Position numbers and translations under genes: made by a program
Notes under the pieces: model-generated
Seen by the model: only the letters and a program-made list of their open reading frames with translations
Told to the model about the DNA's origin: nothing
Database searches by the model: none
In this document: piece by piece, positions 41,590 to 58,580 of the stretch
Layout of the letters: every line of letters starts with the position of its first letter
Numbering within the stretch: position 1 is the first letter of the stretch
Assembly (NCBI GenBank): GCA_977030845.1
Contig: OZ365110.1
Location: forward strand, 27,652,001-27,716,000
Source: Fimbriosthenelais zetlandica
Taxonomy: Eukaryota
DNA length: 64,000 nucleotides
Direction: 5' to 3'

Positions 41590-42104
41590 GTAGAGTCGAG
41601 AGAGACTACACGAGGTCGGGCACCGTGTCCGACTCCGTGGCACTGCCACTGATACGGGAGGTTTACTTACCTACGCTGAAGTGATATTTGCACTTGTACC
41701 AGAGTTTCAACATATTAATACCGGTATTTTTAAGTTTTTGACGTCCTTCAGCTTCAGACTGATGCCATTTTTGGTTGGCATTGTCACGTGTTGCCCATTA
41801 CGTAACTTCGTAAGCAAAACACAGCACCCAGCTCTCCTCACCACAACCCGTTACAACGTAGGCCCTGATGTAGGCCGCCCAAGGCCCGCGATATATTGTG
41901 TCATGTTTTTGTTGCATAGAATAAATGAAAAACCCCATTTTCAAATCGGTACGGTAACATGTTAAAATTGGAGGTTGTAAATCAATATCTACTGAAACAT
42001 TTACTGTTAACCCCCCCAACATGGGCCTCCCAACTCGCTGCCGTGGCGTCCGTAGACCCTGTTTGGATGCAGGAATTTGAGAGCAGCATCGAACCGACAA
42101 CAAA
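41590..42104. promoter_or_regulatory. CpG-rich, probably bidirectional promoter upstream of SMU1
   Basis: Elevated GC/CpG directly upstream of the SMU1 ATG. YY1-like AAAATGGC motifs on both strands (42102-42109 on +; near 41763-41770 on -) and an E-box CACGTG near 41785. Confidence 0.55.
41671..41713 (-). other. Candidate first exon (3' part) of a gene divergent from SMU1
   Basis: Consensus donor AG|gtaagt at 41670 on the minus strand. An in-frame ATG at 41713 would give MLKLWYKCKYHFSV plus a phase-1 junction. It lies in the CpG-rich SMU1 promoter region and may be non-coding. Confidence 0.35.
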
Positions 42105-45885
<3,781 letters not shown>

Positions 45886-46145
45886 GGTCATGTTTGTGGA
45901 GGGTGAAGGGAGATAGGGACGGGAGAGAAGGGAGTCCTTTGGGGGAAAAGGAGGGGATTTGTTTGAGATCAGACAAGGGAATGAAAGAGAACACTATTAG
46001 GAGTAGATTTAACCGCTCTGTTTTACCATTATATCCATAGAAATCCCATCTTCAAAAATCTGATTCAAACATTTCATTTTCGAATTTTCATGTCTTAGTA
46101 ATGTAGAACTGCCATGTTCGTTAACACGTTTTATCCTGTGAATTT

Positions 46146-46151
46146 AATAAA
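46146..46151 (+). terminator. Polyadenylation signal of SMU1
   Basis: AATAAA about 260 bp after the stop codon. Confidence 0.6.
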
Positions 46152-47751
46152 TATCTTATACACAATGAAATCTCTCAGGTATTTCTTCCTCCGAATATTT
46201 TCCCTACTAATATTGTTCGTTGGAGGGATCTGGGCTCCAAGCGCAAATAAGTATCGTAACTAGTTCATTAAATTGGTATTATGATCGTTGCATCAGAAAC
46301 TGGCATACCGGTATTGATAACGTTTTATTCGATAGCAGGAGGTGAGGTTAATGCTACTGTCACCCATCACGCTATTTGCTTCGTATGATGATCCATTACT
46401 TCTAGGCTATACATGTACATAGATTCAAGCTTGTGATAAGTGGCGTCCTTGTTGGTATAACTAATGTGTTAGTAGTTATCAGAAGAATCAAGACTTTCAC
46501 ACATTATCCTAGATGAACTTAGCTTATCTACGATTAAAATCCTGGATCCCTATATAGAAAAAAGGCATCTCCGCCCCTTTTACACCCTTCAGAGATACTA
46601 TTTTCCCCAGTTCCCTTTTCCTATTTAATTTTAAATAGGAAAACATTATTCTTACCACAGCTTCTATAGTCTACTGGAAGAAGTAATATACCTACCCTTA
46701 TATAATTATGAAATATACTGTCAGATATTTAGCATGAAAGATAAAATATATTTTAGTCTGCAACTATTTGAATTCACATAATAATATATTTCTTTTTGAA
46801 GTGTTCTACTATGAGCTATTTATACTCCACTCGAGAATTAAGACCAGTGTAAGAGATTTCGATGAAACATACTGAGATAAGATCTATTTAAGACCTTACA
46901 GGATATATGTAAGGGCTGTTATCAAGATAAGATACGTGAAATGATCGGACGAGGGCGATGTTGTCATTAACCATATGATACAGACCTTATCTGAGAGGAT
47001 AAGATGACGATAGCACAATCAACAATAGATTATTTTTCACTTGTTTTTTTTAAAATTTTTATTTTGATATCAATCGCTGAGCACTCGCATCATGATCTCT
47101 AGATAGCAAGATCGACATCGGTACAATGTACAAGATTTGTTACCTTTCATGATCCAGGGGTTTATTTTTTTAAGTACTGGTACAGACCTATAGACAGACG
47201 CTGATTGGTAAAGCGGAGTCGATAGTTATCAACATTACAGGTAGATTAGATTATTGAGATTATCGCGAAGTGTGATTTGAACCTGTGGAGACTCTGAATA
47301 TGGCGTTGGTGGTGATTTCATGTAAATTTCTGGATAAGAAAAACATTTATTTATACTATAGTACAGGGAGCCCTAAAATTTTAGCACGTAACTCAGATCG
47401 AGCATGGATCTATACGACTTCGGAATGTTTTTTCAAAAATCACTTCTCTTATGTTTGGAGATGCTTATCACACGGATAAGGATATCTATCTGACAGACAG
47501 ATAGATAAGAGATAAAGCTAGGTTGAGAGATCATTTTCATATCTATTTCTATCTATTTTTAAATAATTCATATGAAGATGTCTAAACAGGTACCGGTAGA
47601 GGATATATTGTTCAAGTACATGTATACCCGGTTATATTTTTTGTACGGTATAAAATATTTCTGCAAGTACATGCATATGTGAAGTGTTGGCCTAAGTACG
47701 TAAGGGACGAACTTACATTGAACTGAACTGGACATCATCGACTGGCCAGAC

Positions 47752-48674
47752 TTAATTCATCATCTGGAATGATAAAGAACAAGAAAACATGAGTTAGCCG
47801 TTTTCACAATATTATATTATATAATATTTATAATCTATTTATGATTAATAGTTAGCTGCTTATATCTCTTACATTTGAATACATATTTTCTTATATTTAC
47901 TTATATTTTATTATTTTAATATAATATAGAAGTATTTCTCAAGTCTTTATTGTACAAACACTCTAAAATAGATTAATTGCACGAAATTTAATAGATTTAC
48001 TCACCGCGCTCCAGCCTGTGACAAACTCATTCTTATCAATAGATCCGTCACCTGAAAAAAAAAATCGAAAATTGAGCCATTATTATATCTTAAAAAAATA
48101 AAGGTCCTAACAAATTTTAAGATGAACAAGCCCATAACATTTTGACCCTGTAGAGAAGGATTTATGTTATGATGTATCTAAACTTGAAAAGTGGTTGGCA
48201 TCCCAATAGAATTAAATTACAAACCCATCTATTTATGTAAAAATTACATGCATGAAAGTAGATTACATGTATGGAATGATCTTACCGTCTTTATCGAGCC
48301 TTTTGAAAAGTTGTGTAATTTCTGCCACAGTGATTTCCCCGTCTCCATCAGCGTCTAGATGGTTGAAGACCTTGCCTGCGTGCTCAGCAGTTCCTCCCAG
48401 TTTGCTAGAATACGTTCCCTCAAACTCAGCCTTAGATACAGTGCCGTTACCTGCCAAATTTATATTATCAATACAAGTGATACAAGTACCTTTGAAATTT
48501 AAATAACCTTAAAACTTTAAATCAAATAACTTAAATTAATGATAAGAAGAGAAATTATGTTTTACCATCTTCATCAAAGATCTTGAAAATTCCCTCTAGC
48601 TCAGCCTGGCTGATGCTCCCATCCTTGTTGGAATCCAGGGAATCAAATATCTTTTCAATAACTTGTGTGGCCAT
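47752..48674 (-). CDS. Small cytosolic four-EF-hand calcium-binding protein, 110 aa
   Basis: Coding exons on -: 48674-48566, 48450-48286, 48051-48005, 47763-47752, all GT-AG and in frame. Protein: MATQVIEKIFDSLDSNKDGSISQAELEGIFKIFDEDGNGTVSKAEFEGTYSSKLGGTAEHAGKVFNHLDADGDGEITVAEITQLFKRLDKDGDGSIDKNEFVTGWSAMMN*. It has four canonical loops (DSNKDGSISQAE, DEDGNGTVSKAE, DADGDGEITVAE, DKDGDGSIDKNE). A non-coding first exon ends at 49027 (donor gtgagt). Confidence 0.92.
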
Positions 48675-49075
48675 TGTGAAAAAGAAGGCAGACTATCAAG
48701 TTGAGCTGAACGGGCACTGAAATGATTTTTTTAAACCGAATTAGTATCATGTATGTGTAGTAATTAGTATTAGTACATCCAGATATTCATCCTGAAAAAC
48801 CACTGTGCAAAACTGGCTTAAATAAAGTGTCCTTTCAAACCTTAAAAAGCTAATTCAGAATTATTAATATTGGTTCAAATCTTTACTCTATTGTACAATA
48901 AATTCACAAAAGTTCTAGCTGAACTTGTGTTTAAAAGTCGAGTTTAATCAATCGAATGATAGGCATACAGAAAGTCATTACGCCCGCAGCCTGCAATGAT
49001 AATGTATTTGTAATGCTTTGACTCACCTGTGGAGGAAGAGACGGTCCAGTGTCTGGGTACGCTCTCACTGAACCA

Positions 49076-49083
49076 TTTATATA
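49076..49083 (-). promoter_or_regulatory. TATA box of the EF-hand gene
   Basis: TATATAAA on the minus strand, about 30 bp upstream of a short non-coding exon ending at 49027. GATA-type sites (CTTATC, TGATAAGATAA) lie just upstream at about 49100-49125. Confidence 0.65.
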
Positions 49084-52000
49084 CTTCTCTGCATACACTT
49101 ATCATCTAATCTCTGATAAGATAATCATTGAGATGACTACTGTAGATTGGTGTCTAGATCGGCGATCAATACACAAGTAGCCTACATGAGTTCATCTGGG
49201 AGAAAAATAGGAAGTCTGCAATTACCAGAATTTTGATTAAAGATATTATTATTATTCACATGGCTATAAGAAAAGAATAGGATCAAACAATATTAATCTT
49301 TGACATCAACAAGTGGATGAGATATGGAGAAACATCATGTCAGACTTTAATTTCTAATGTAGTTGACCAGTATTATGCCCCCGATGAGGAATTGATACGA
49401 TTTGAACATGAGTGATGATTTGGTCTGCCCCTATGATACCATACATCAAGACCATGCAAAAGTTTTTTGTTGTCAGCAATTTCAGTCGTGGATCTCTTGA
49501 CCCTTGTTGATGACGTCAGAAAGACTAAAATACATTGTACTAGGTAAGTGAATGAATTATTCATGAAATATGAGAAATAATTCAAGATTAAGCACTTTAT
49601 TCTCTCTGAATGGTGGAGATGTAAAGAACAGAGCATACACCAAAATGATAATCAATGAATAACAGTAAATCAGTTGCATTCAGAAGTAACATCATTTACA
49701 CGAAGTAATAAACATTCCTAATCAGATCAATACAATGAAATCATAAGTAATGGGGCAGATCTTAAGTCAAATTTCCCCCTTCCCAATATAGATACATGTC
49801 GTCTTAAATTCAAAGGAACGACATAAATAGGCCCATATATTATGTAAACTAAATTCCCCATACACCCTATCGGGTAAATCCACAAATATACCATGGTGGA
49901 CAACCTTCTGGCAGAATCTGTTCCGTCACAAAATGTACACATTTAGGGCAGTTGTTCTGTCAGAGAAAAATTAAATACCAAGTTAACAATTGCAGATTGT
50001 TGTGGGACATGTATGCTTTTGTGATTACGGTAGGATTCATTGTAAGTTCTATATTTAGGTAAACTTAAGTACATTAGAATGACATATTCACGAAGCGCAT
50101 GTTACCCTAAATAATCAACATCCCCTCGTGTGTGAGTATTGATCTTGGATATTGATGGTCTGGGATTTTAGGAAACTTTACCTTTCTAGTTAGTAACTTT
50201 TATTTATATGTATGTTGTTTAGATCAAGCACCTCAACCTTATCATATAAAGAAATCCTTTTGATACATTTAATCTTCTCCATCGTATAAATTGGTCATTT
50301 ATACAATTTTCTTCTTTAGTATGACGAGTTAAATTCTTCATACCCAGGAGATTTTAATTACATGATTTGAATCCTACTCCCACTTACAAATAGAGAGTGG
50401 TTTGTATATGCCCAGTTGTTGAATCATCAAAATCCAGATCACAACCTCCAGACTCCAGCTCTAGGCCTAAACATGTCTAATTTAATCTCCGTACAAAAAT
50501 AGTTACAATATTTATATACAACTCCACATATCCTCTAATATTATTAACCTTCATATCATTCATAATAGGTGGGCAATTAGACACAAGTCTTAACAGTGGT
50601 ATAACAAAAAGAAAAACATGAGAACTGGACGAAGTTTAATTATGTGGATATTAGGCAAACTCCCATTCCGATTTATGAAAGAGCAGCAGTAGTTCCCCAC
50701 TGCCACTCACATAGAGATTCGTATTTCTGAAAAATATCTAAAGGTCTGACCTAAATGTATGTTTTAGATAATGTTTGGTCCATAGTAAAAAAGAATGGAT
50801 TCATATTAATATGAGTAGGTTACTCTAGATTATGCATAAGTTTCAGACAGTCATCTTCATAATCCCTACATGTTAGTCAATTGTTCGGAAAAGCGTATGG
50901 ATCATGCCTGAAAAAATCAGTTGGAGAAACCCAAACATGAGGCTCTAGGAGTCATATTATGAGCAATGAACAGTATACATGTACATAATGGAGATTCATC
51001 AATATTGTACCAAAGAAAAAAGACCAACATTATTCTCTCTCAATAGAGTCGACAGTGTCCGAATGATTCAGACATTCTGGACATCCTCATAAAGCTATAG
51101 GGAAAGGTTCACGGCCCGACTGTTAGCATTCTCAGGGGAGAACTAACTTAATACGAGAGATACAGAAAAAAACCTATCTTCTGTTTATCACATTCATCTA
51201 TAGCAAAACAAATTCTGCAACTTGCGTAGCCCCACCCCACCCCCACCCCGTCCTAAGAGAAAACCTCAACCAGAGGGGTTGTGTCCTGATTATCATTATA
51301 CTGCAAACATAACAATTTATTCAGTTCAATTTAGATTTAATAACTGCTTATTTCACATAACCTCTGCGAAGGAATGTATGAAGTACATATTGGTTAATGT
51401 CACAACTTTCACAAGTACGATAATCTTACAAACATGCGTGCTCACATGTCAGTAACAATTCAAAGAGCAAAAAGAAATCTTTTGGATAGAGTACTTTAAA
51501 ATATACAGATTGTCAAGGTCGTCTAGATTTGTCAAAACTGGTACCCAACGTTAAGTCCTATTTACACAACTACCTACACAACAGAAAGCACCTTTCCCCA
51601 AGGAATCCAATGGCACATAAAAATATTAGTATTGCACATGAAACTTTTTTCAAGGGACTATAGTTAGCTTAGGTGAGATTGTAAACTAAAGAATTGAAGA
51701 ACGAAAAAAAAGTATATTCTGAGATTAATCCCAAATGAGTTAGAAAATGAGTGACGAGATTTCTCCGATTTCCCAAACATTCAAGAAGACAGTGTAAAAA
51801 CATACACCAAATATAATGACGCTGTCCTTGTAAAATTTCAAATATGGGACTCAACATTAATTCGCAGATCACATTTTCCTTGGACATTATGACGATAACT
51901 ATAGAATTTCTAAAAGATAAGGATATTTGAACGAATACATATTATTCATAACCTTCGGACACAACCATATCGCAAAAGTAATTTCCTTAATTTCTGAACC

Positions 52001-52750
52001 TAGTATATTTTAATTAATATGTAATAATTGCTGACCAATATAATCGTACCAGTCGAATACCAATATTCACAACATTCGCGTCTTGAGGAATACGTAGAAA
52101 CATTGATTGGAAAGAATAGAACCTTAGCTTCATCATACAAGAAGTTACGTGAATGACCAAAAACAATATCCTACATAACGACACTAATTCAGTCCCTAAA
52201 TTCCGGCCGGATTCATTATACTTAAATGCAGACTTGGAAGTCATGGAATTGTGCAAATACATGTATCAGCACAAGTCCATATCAGTGGGTGTCGCCTGAT
52301 TTATATGAAGGCATCAGATCAAGATCTCTTCACCACTTCTATTATTTACACATTGCCTGCATGTTTAAGAAGCTTTGGATAATAGAAACGTTAAATCCAC
52401 CTTGGGACCATTCTTTCTATGCTATATTATATAGAATATATATCACTGTATCTTGCTATCACAAGGTTGCATTTTATATACAAGATGTCTGGGTGGAACA
52501 ATTCATCCAGATCAATAAAAACAAACTTCACCTCGCTAAACAGATGGAAAAGCATTGCTGGTTAAGAATAGAGTAGGGAATGTTTCCCTTCGCTAGTTCA
52601 CACATTTCATATTTGATGAAATTTCGCTAAGCGAAATGAAATTCAATTACTTGAAGGTTTGCAGTTAGGGCCTCCACTTGTGGGGAGTCGTGTGTGGGTG
52701 AGTTCTTCTACCCAGACTTTAAATGTGAATGTTTGCAGGTTGTTTGGACA

Positions 52751-55700
52751 CTAAGTAGACACATCTATGGGGTCGTCATCGTCATCATCTTCGTTGTTCA
52801 CCAGCAGCTCGTGCTGTCCGTACCGGCTCTGGTGCTTCTTGTACATCATGAACAAGAAGACACTTATTGCACCCACAAGTAAGAGACCGACACCAGCCAC
52901 CGATAAACCGATAACAAGAGCTGGAATGAGAAGCATTTAATTAGGTACAGCACCAAATAGCTATCTCGCTATTTGCTTTGGGAGATATTAATAAAAGAAA
53001 AGTCGCCCATCCCTGAGAAAGAATGTGTCCAATTGACTGATCAAAAACTATGGCCCAAGTGGACAGAAGTGGAGTGCGTGATAGCATTTGAAACATCCTT
53101 ACCGTTTGAGTGGTTACTTCCAGACTCGCTTTTATATGGATCTGTAAAATAAAACATGCGTGCATATTATGCCAGTTAAGCAGGTACTGTGAGGTAAAGT
53201 TAGTACAGAAATACATCTTATATTCATAAACCGTTATATTATACATGTACAATTAAACAATTGTTTTTAAACCAGAGAAACTTGTACCTGGAATGACAAC
53301 CGTCCCATTATTCCGTTTATATACCGTAGCGTCGACACACTCCATAGTACTTAAATTGCGTTCGTGGCCAGGAAGACATATACAACGATGGGTTCCTTTA
53401 TCACACATCTGCCGGTGGCCACACTCATTGAGGCTATTTAAACTTGAACAGGAATCTGAAATGTAAATTATGCTATGCATTCGTCCAATGGCGGGACTGT
53501 TTGTTATGGCAGTGCAAAAACCTGAAATATGCCAAAGGTGTGTACTAGGGAAAGTACTCCCCAGTTCATGCAACTTGATGTTTAAGCAAAATAAAATGTC
53601 TCATGCAGAAAGAGGATATTAATATGCAGAAAAAGAAAACAACACTGGGCCAATAACAGCAGATAGCCCATGCAGAGTATGTAAGCTGCAAGCATAACTC
53701 CAATACAAATGGTTTCCGCTATTTCCTATACAATATTATACATAAAGCAAATAATGAGCGGGACGTTCCTAAACAAAAGTAACCCCCAACTTCTTCCCAC
53801 GTGTATTTCCAACACATTTGTTCACTCCACTGAAAGACATGCAGTGTGAAATGGAACGGGGGAATGGGATGGGATACTATTCATGCAAAGAAAGGGTTCT
53901 AGATATTTCCTCGTCAATATTTCTGTTTGTTAACTCCAGATATACCCAGATTGAATACCATATATCTCCAATGATGTGCTGCGACATCAGGAACTCAACC
54001 ATCTCAAACGATTAAGGATTTTGTTTACAGTTCTTTTAACAATTGGCTTGAACAAAGAAATGAATGAGAAGGTCCAATTGTTATAGGAAACATGGTACAT
54101 AGGACATGGGAATGGCAAACTGGGGTTACAATGGACCTCCTTACCTCCTATCCTTGCCATAGTGCTAAGAACTGGACTGGTGGAAGTATAGGAGGTGGTG
54201 GTAGTTGTGGTGGCGGTGGTGGTGGTAGAGGAGGAAGAAGAATAGACGGGTATACTAGTCCCGTTTGCTACAACCTTTTTAACTGAGGTTGTCGTGGGAA
54301 TTCCCTCAGTAGAACTACTTCTTATGTCTGAATAAATGGAACCAAAATATCAGGTATGCAAATATCCAATCAGACTGAGAGCCTCATACGCTGCAGTAAG
54401 ACTACGGTAGAGAGGTTCTTCAAGTGAATTGACATTTTCTTTTTCTGCCATAAAATATTCATTTAGAAATGGTATTACCTAAACTGGAACAAAAACGGGG
54501 ATCGGGTGGAGGAAATAGATCTATAATATCACCATCTTCCTCAAACTCAAATAATAAATCCCAAAATCATAATCATCTTTAAACAAATTTTGCAAGCAGC
54601 TTGCTCCTTGGAAGCGAGAATGCGATTACAATTTGTCAATCTTAATATTAGACGTAAATAACATTCAACATCCAAATTATGAGAGGAAGAAGCATCAGTG
54701 CTCAAGTATGATAGTCTAAAGGAAAAGAAATGAGATGACTGAGATAGTTGGAGAGTGGGGAGACATCGACTGCAGTTAAAAGGAGAGATTAAAGAAACAG
54801 AACATAGGAGCAAAACATTAAGGCTATATTAAAAAGAGTTTTGTCTGAAAATTGATTGACATATCACTTATACAGGTTTCAGTGTTGAGAGGAAATTATT
54901 CAGCGCCAAAAGATTGTAAAATGATGAATACCAAGTTGATATAAATAGTTGGTTAAACCTACCCTCATTTGTTTTGACGGTGGTAGTGGTGGCAGTGGCA
55001 GGTGGTTGATACTCCTGGCAGGACTTTGGATCATGAGGTGGCGTTATTACTGATTTGTCACAGGGAGGGATGGGTATACTGGTTGGGTACATTAACTGCC
55101 TCTGCAGTTCTTCAGGCCATTCACTGGCTATGCTAATTGGTCCTTTAATCCTTACTAAAAGCCGTGCCTGTTAGTAAAAATACACTCAGATGATTTCCTA
55201 GTCAGTCCACTAAAGTTCACTGCATGTATACACAGAAATATGGAGGGTTTTATTTTAAAATGCATTATCTATGTGAATTGATAAGAACAGAACTTACAGC
55301 AGCATTGACGTATTGGTCACCACTTATAGTCCTTCTGGAGATGGTCACGTTAATATAAGTTGTTGCAGTGCCCATCTCGCCCAGTTTTTGAGTGCTGCCT
55401 AAAGAATGAGTCAAGTAATATAAGAATAAGCAAATTGGGATGGAACCATAAAAAAAAGTCTGTACAATCCTTAGTGTCTTGACAATAGGATCTCACCTGG
55501 TATCATCACAATTGACGATCTGTTCACTGTATGCTGATGGCTCCCTTCAAATGCAGGAATATCCATATAAAAATCCAAATCGACTGGCTGACTACACGGG
55601 TGCATGGTTATACCGAAGCAATATCCTAAATCAAGATCATTATTCAGGGAATAGATGCCCTGAAATAGTAAATATGAAATTGTGGTTTATACCGGTACAT

Positions 55701-56862
55701 AATATTTTGGGCAAATCAATCTATCAAATTAGTCCTCTAAATATTTATACTGACAATTAATCAGCGCAAAAATAATACACACGGAGGAACCTCATGTCAG
55801 TATCTTATCTAGTTCTATCGTAGACGTATTTACTCTATTTTTGTCTCAACTAAGCTCATGAATTCAGGTCAGAAACTTACATTATACCGGTACCTCCCGC
55901 TGCAGTCCATCCCTGTGCATTCAGCATTCCTTGAACAATTGGTTATTAGCTTAGGATCAGCTTCAAGCCTCTTCCTAACTTCATTCCAAACCGTACATTC
56001 TTTATTATATTCCGGTACGGCTATGCACCCTGGAAGACAAAACTTGAAGCATGTAACAAACTTTTTATTATCAAATTATTTATTGGTTTAGAGACAGTGC
56101 TGGTTATGCTGGCTAATCAATAATGTTAACGATTACCGGGTACGGTACATACATGGGTACGGTACATGTATATTTTAGGATGGTACCGTACCCGGTACCG
56201 GCAAACAGATGGAAAATGACCGGGTACCGTTATTTAAATTTTTGTTGGTTAAAATTGTATATCAGACTCAGTAAAGTCTGATGACATTGGTGCATGGCGG
56301 GATCCCATGATGAAAATCCTCCAGACAGTAGGCCCTATCGAGGAACATCATACATACGGTATCTACGATTGTTTAATTTGACAGTTCCACACACAGCCAC
56401 GGACAGTCTTCTCAGGTGCTACTGATAGTGCTACTCTCTGGCCTCTAGCCTAGCCTCTGCCTCATATTGTCAACATGATTCTAATTTTAACTTATAGCCT
56501 CATAGGCTAATCATTTTAAATCAGGTGATAATTATTTAGGCTATGCCTAGTTACTAGTAATTATAGGCTAATATAGACAGGTACAATTTCGAATTACATA
56601 TTGATACACCGAATCCTTAGATATAAATAATAATAATGGCTGTTTCAGCCCCATAAATGTTAAACACCATAAATAGTCTAATGACTCTTCCACAGTCTTC
56701 CACAGTCAAGTAGCCTACTAGCCTAGACTCATGAGCAGAGCGGCCCGAGCTGAGCCTGAGGAGGATACGCCCCTCACAGTCACAGCTCACTCACTCAGTC
56801 CTCACGTTCAACTCACCAGTGAAAACACAGAATATGACGATAATAATACGATGAGAATTCAT
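52751..56862 (-). CDS. Uncharacterised type I membrane glycoprotein (signal peptide, Cys-rich domain, Thr/Ser mucin-like stalk, EGF-like module, TM, acidic tail), 394 aa
   Basis: Eight GT-AG exons on -: 56862-56817, 56029-55881, 55659-55497, 55398-55298, 55167-54963, 54327-54145, 53455-53288, 52920-52751. Total 1185 nt with all phases compatible. Signal peptide MNSHRIIIVIFCVFTGCIA; EGF-like C-x8-C-x5-C-x6-C-x-C-x12-C; TM ALVIGLSVAGVGLLLVGAISVFLFMMY; tail KKHQSRYGQHELLVNNEDDDDDDPIDVST*. In-frame upstream ATGs at 56883 and 56901 are possible alternative starts. Confidence 0.85.
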
Positions 56863-56899
56863 TCCTGTCTTAATGTCTTCCATGCTGTGAAAATAATAC

Positions 56900-58037
56900 C
56901 ATAAACGCAGATCTTTCAAAGCTTCCTTGTCATGTGATAGAGATATAAGCGACCTAATTCTCCGTTGTAAACATTTCGCTCAGCTGCAAAGGCAGGCGGA
57001 AGTAGTCATGTAGTAGCAGGTTCGCAGCAAATATTTCTGCTGAACTGTTCATCGATGGTTCCCCTTACAGATAGGACAGGATAAAATAGAACACGTAAAT
57101 TGATGTAAAGTGATGAAATTATTAGGAATTAACGGTCTATCAAAAAGTTTTGCACATGAGACTTTAGGACAGAGCAGTCCAACCGGGGAAACTAGAAACT
57201 AGTTTTTGTCGCCGTCAAAGATGGCGCCACCGTCAGGTCTTCAAGAGGGACAGACCTAGAGAGATGTAGGCCCTATATATAGGCTACATCTCCCGTCCGC
57301 TCGAGAGGGTTATAACGGGGTTTACTGACAGGCGACAAAGGGCTTAAATAATTGCCGACAAGCGACATTTGGGAGGTATTTTTACTGACAAATGACGAAG
57401 AGACGTTAGCCGTTAGGTTTGACCATAGACTAGGCCTATGGTTTGACAAGCGACACACAAAATGTTTCCAAGTGAATGGCAAAAAAAACTGGGAGTTTGA
57501 GATCATAAAATCCAGGTCTGACTGACCAAATAAGATAGTCAGAGGCGTATATCAATGTGTAGGCCTAAAATATGTGACTATAATAATATTATACTTCTAC
57601 AGACTGCGCGTGGTGCCATCTGGAAGATTATATTCATGACACACGTTATTGACTCACGTAGTAGGCCTACAGTGCCTACGGTAGGCTATGTCAGCACCCT
57701 GGTTTAGATTGTTAGGCCTACACATATTTTTGATAAAATTACAAATCAGTTTTACCGCATTATCCTTGTGTTTGCTCTGGCAACTCTGCCCTTGTTGCTA
57801 AATGAGCAGCCATCTTGGTCGGTTGTAACGGATTAAGCCTACACAACTTTCGCCATTTTCAGTTAGTTCACGTTTGTCACGGTGGTGGCGTATTCAGAGG
57901 GCGTACCTAGTTCTAGGCTGAGTAGACCATGTTTATGATTAATATAAATTAGGCCTAGGGCCTACTAGTTAGCCAGCGGTTATCTTAAATACCGGTATCT
58001 CCGAAAAGCGAGCCATTTTCCTACCACCATATCGACC
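56900..58037. promoter_or_regulatory. CpG-rich head-to-head promoter region
   Basis: Lies between the ATG of the minus-strand membrane-protein gene and candidate + strand 5' exons. YY1-like motifs AAGATGGCG (~57217), CGCCATTTT (~57851) and GCCATTTT (~58012). Confidence 0.5.
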
Positions 58038-58528
58038 GTGAGTGACAAAACGGCAGCTACGAGATCGAGGGCCCGCAACATGCTTAATATATCCTATCCA
58101 TCCCTATGTAGCCTAGTATGTTCCAGGGATTTCATTTTCAGGTGAAGCGAGGCATCAGGTTGAGCGAGACAGGTAGGCCTAGACCCCTACCGTATAACCT
58201 CTTACCATTATAAAGTCAATACCGGTAGGCCTATGTCATACCAGGCTATAGGCCCATGCACCTGCGATAGACGAAAAGGCAGTGTGCCAATGCGGAATGA
58301 GGGGACCACTAGGCTAGGTCTAGGCCTATAGACCTATAGGCCTACCCATGTGGGACCTTTAACAATTAGGCATAAGCATACCAGTACTTAAAGTAAATCC
58401 AGAATCACGCTAAAAGCGATCTGGGTCGGCCCCTATGCCAGATGAGGAGTGGTATTAATTAAAAAGATGAAATCCAGAGTCCTGCCTAGCTTTGTTCCCC
58501 GAAGCCCCTGCCCATAATATATTAGCCT

Positions 58529-58580
58529 ATGAATGAATGAATGAATGAATGAATGAATGAATGAATGAATGAATGAATGA
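58529..58580 (+). repeat. (ATGA)13 microsatellite
   Basis: 13 perfect ATGA units. Confidence 0.95.
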
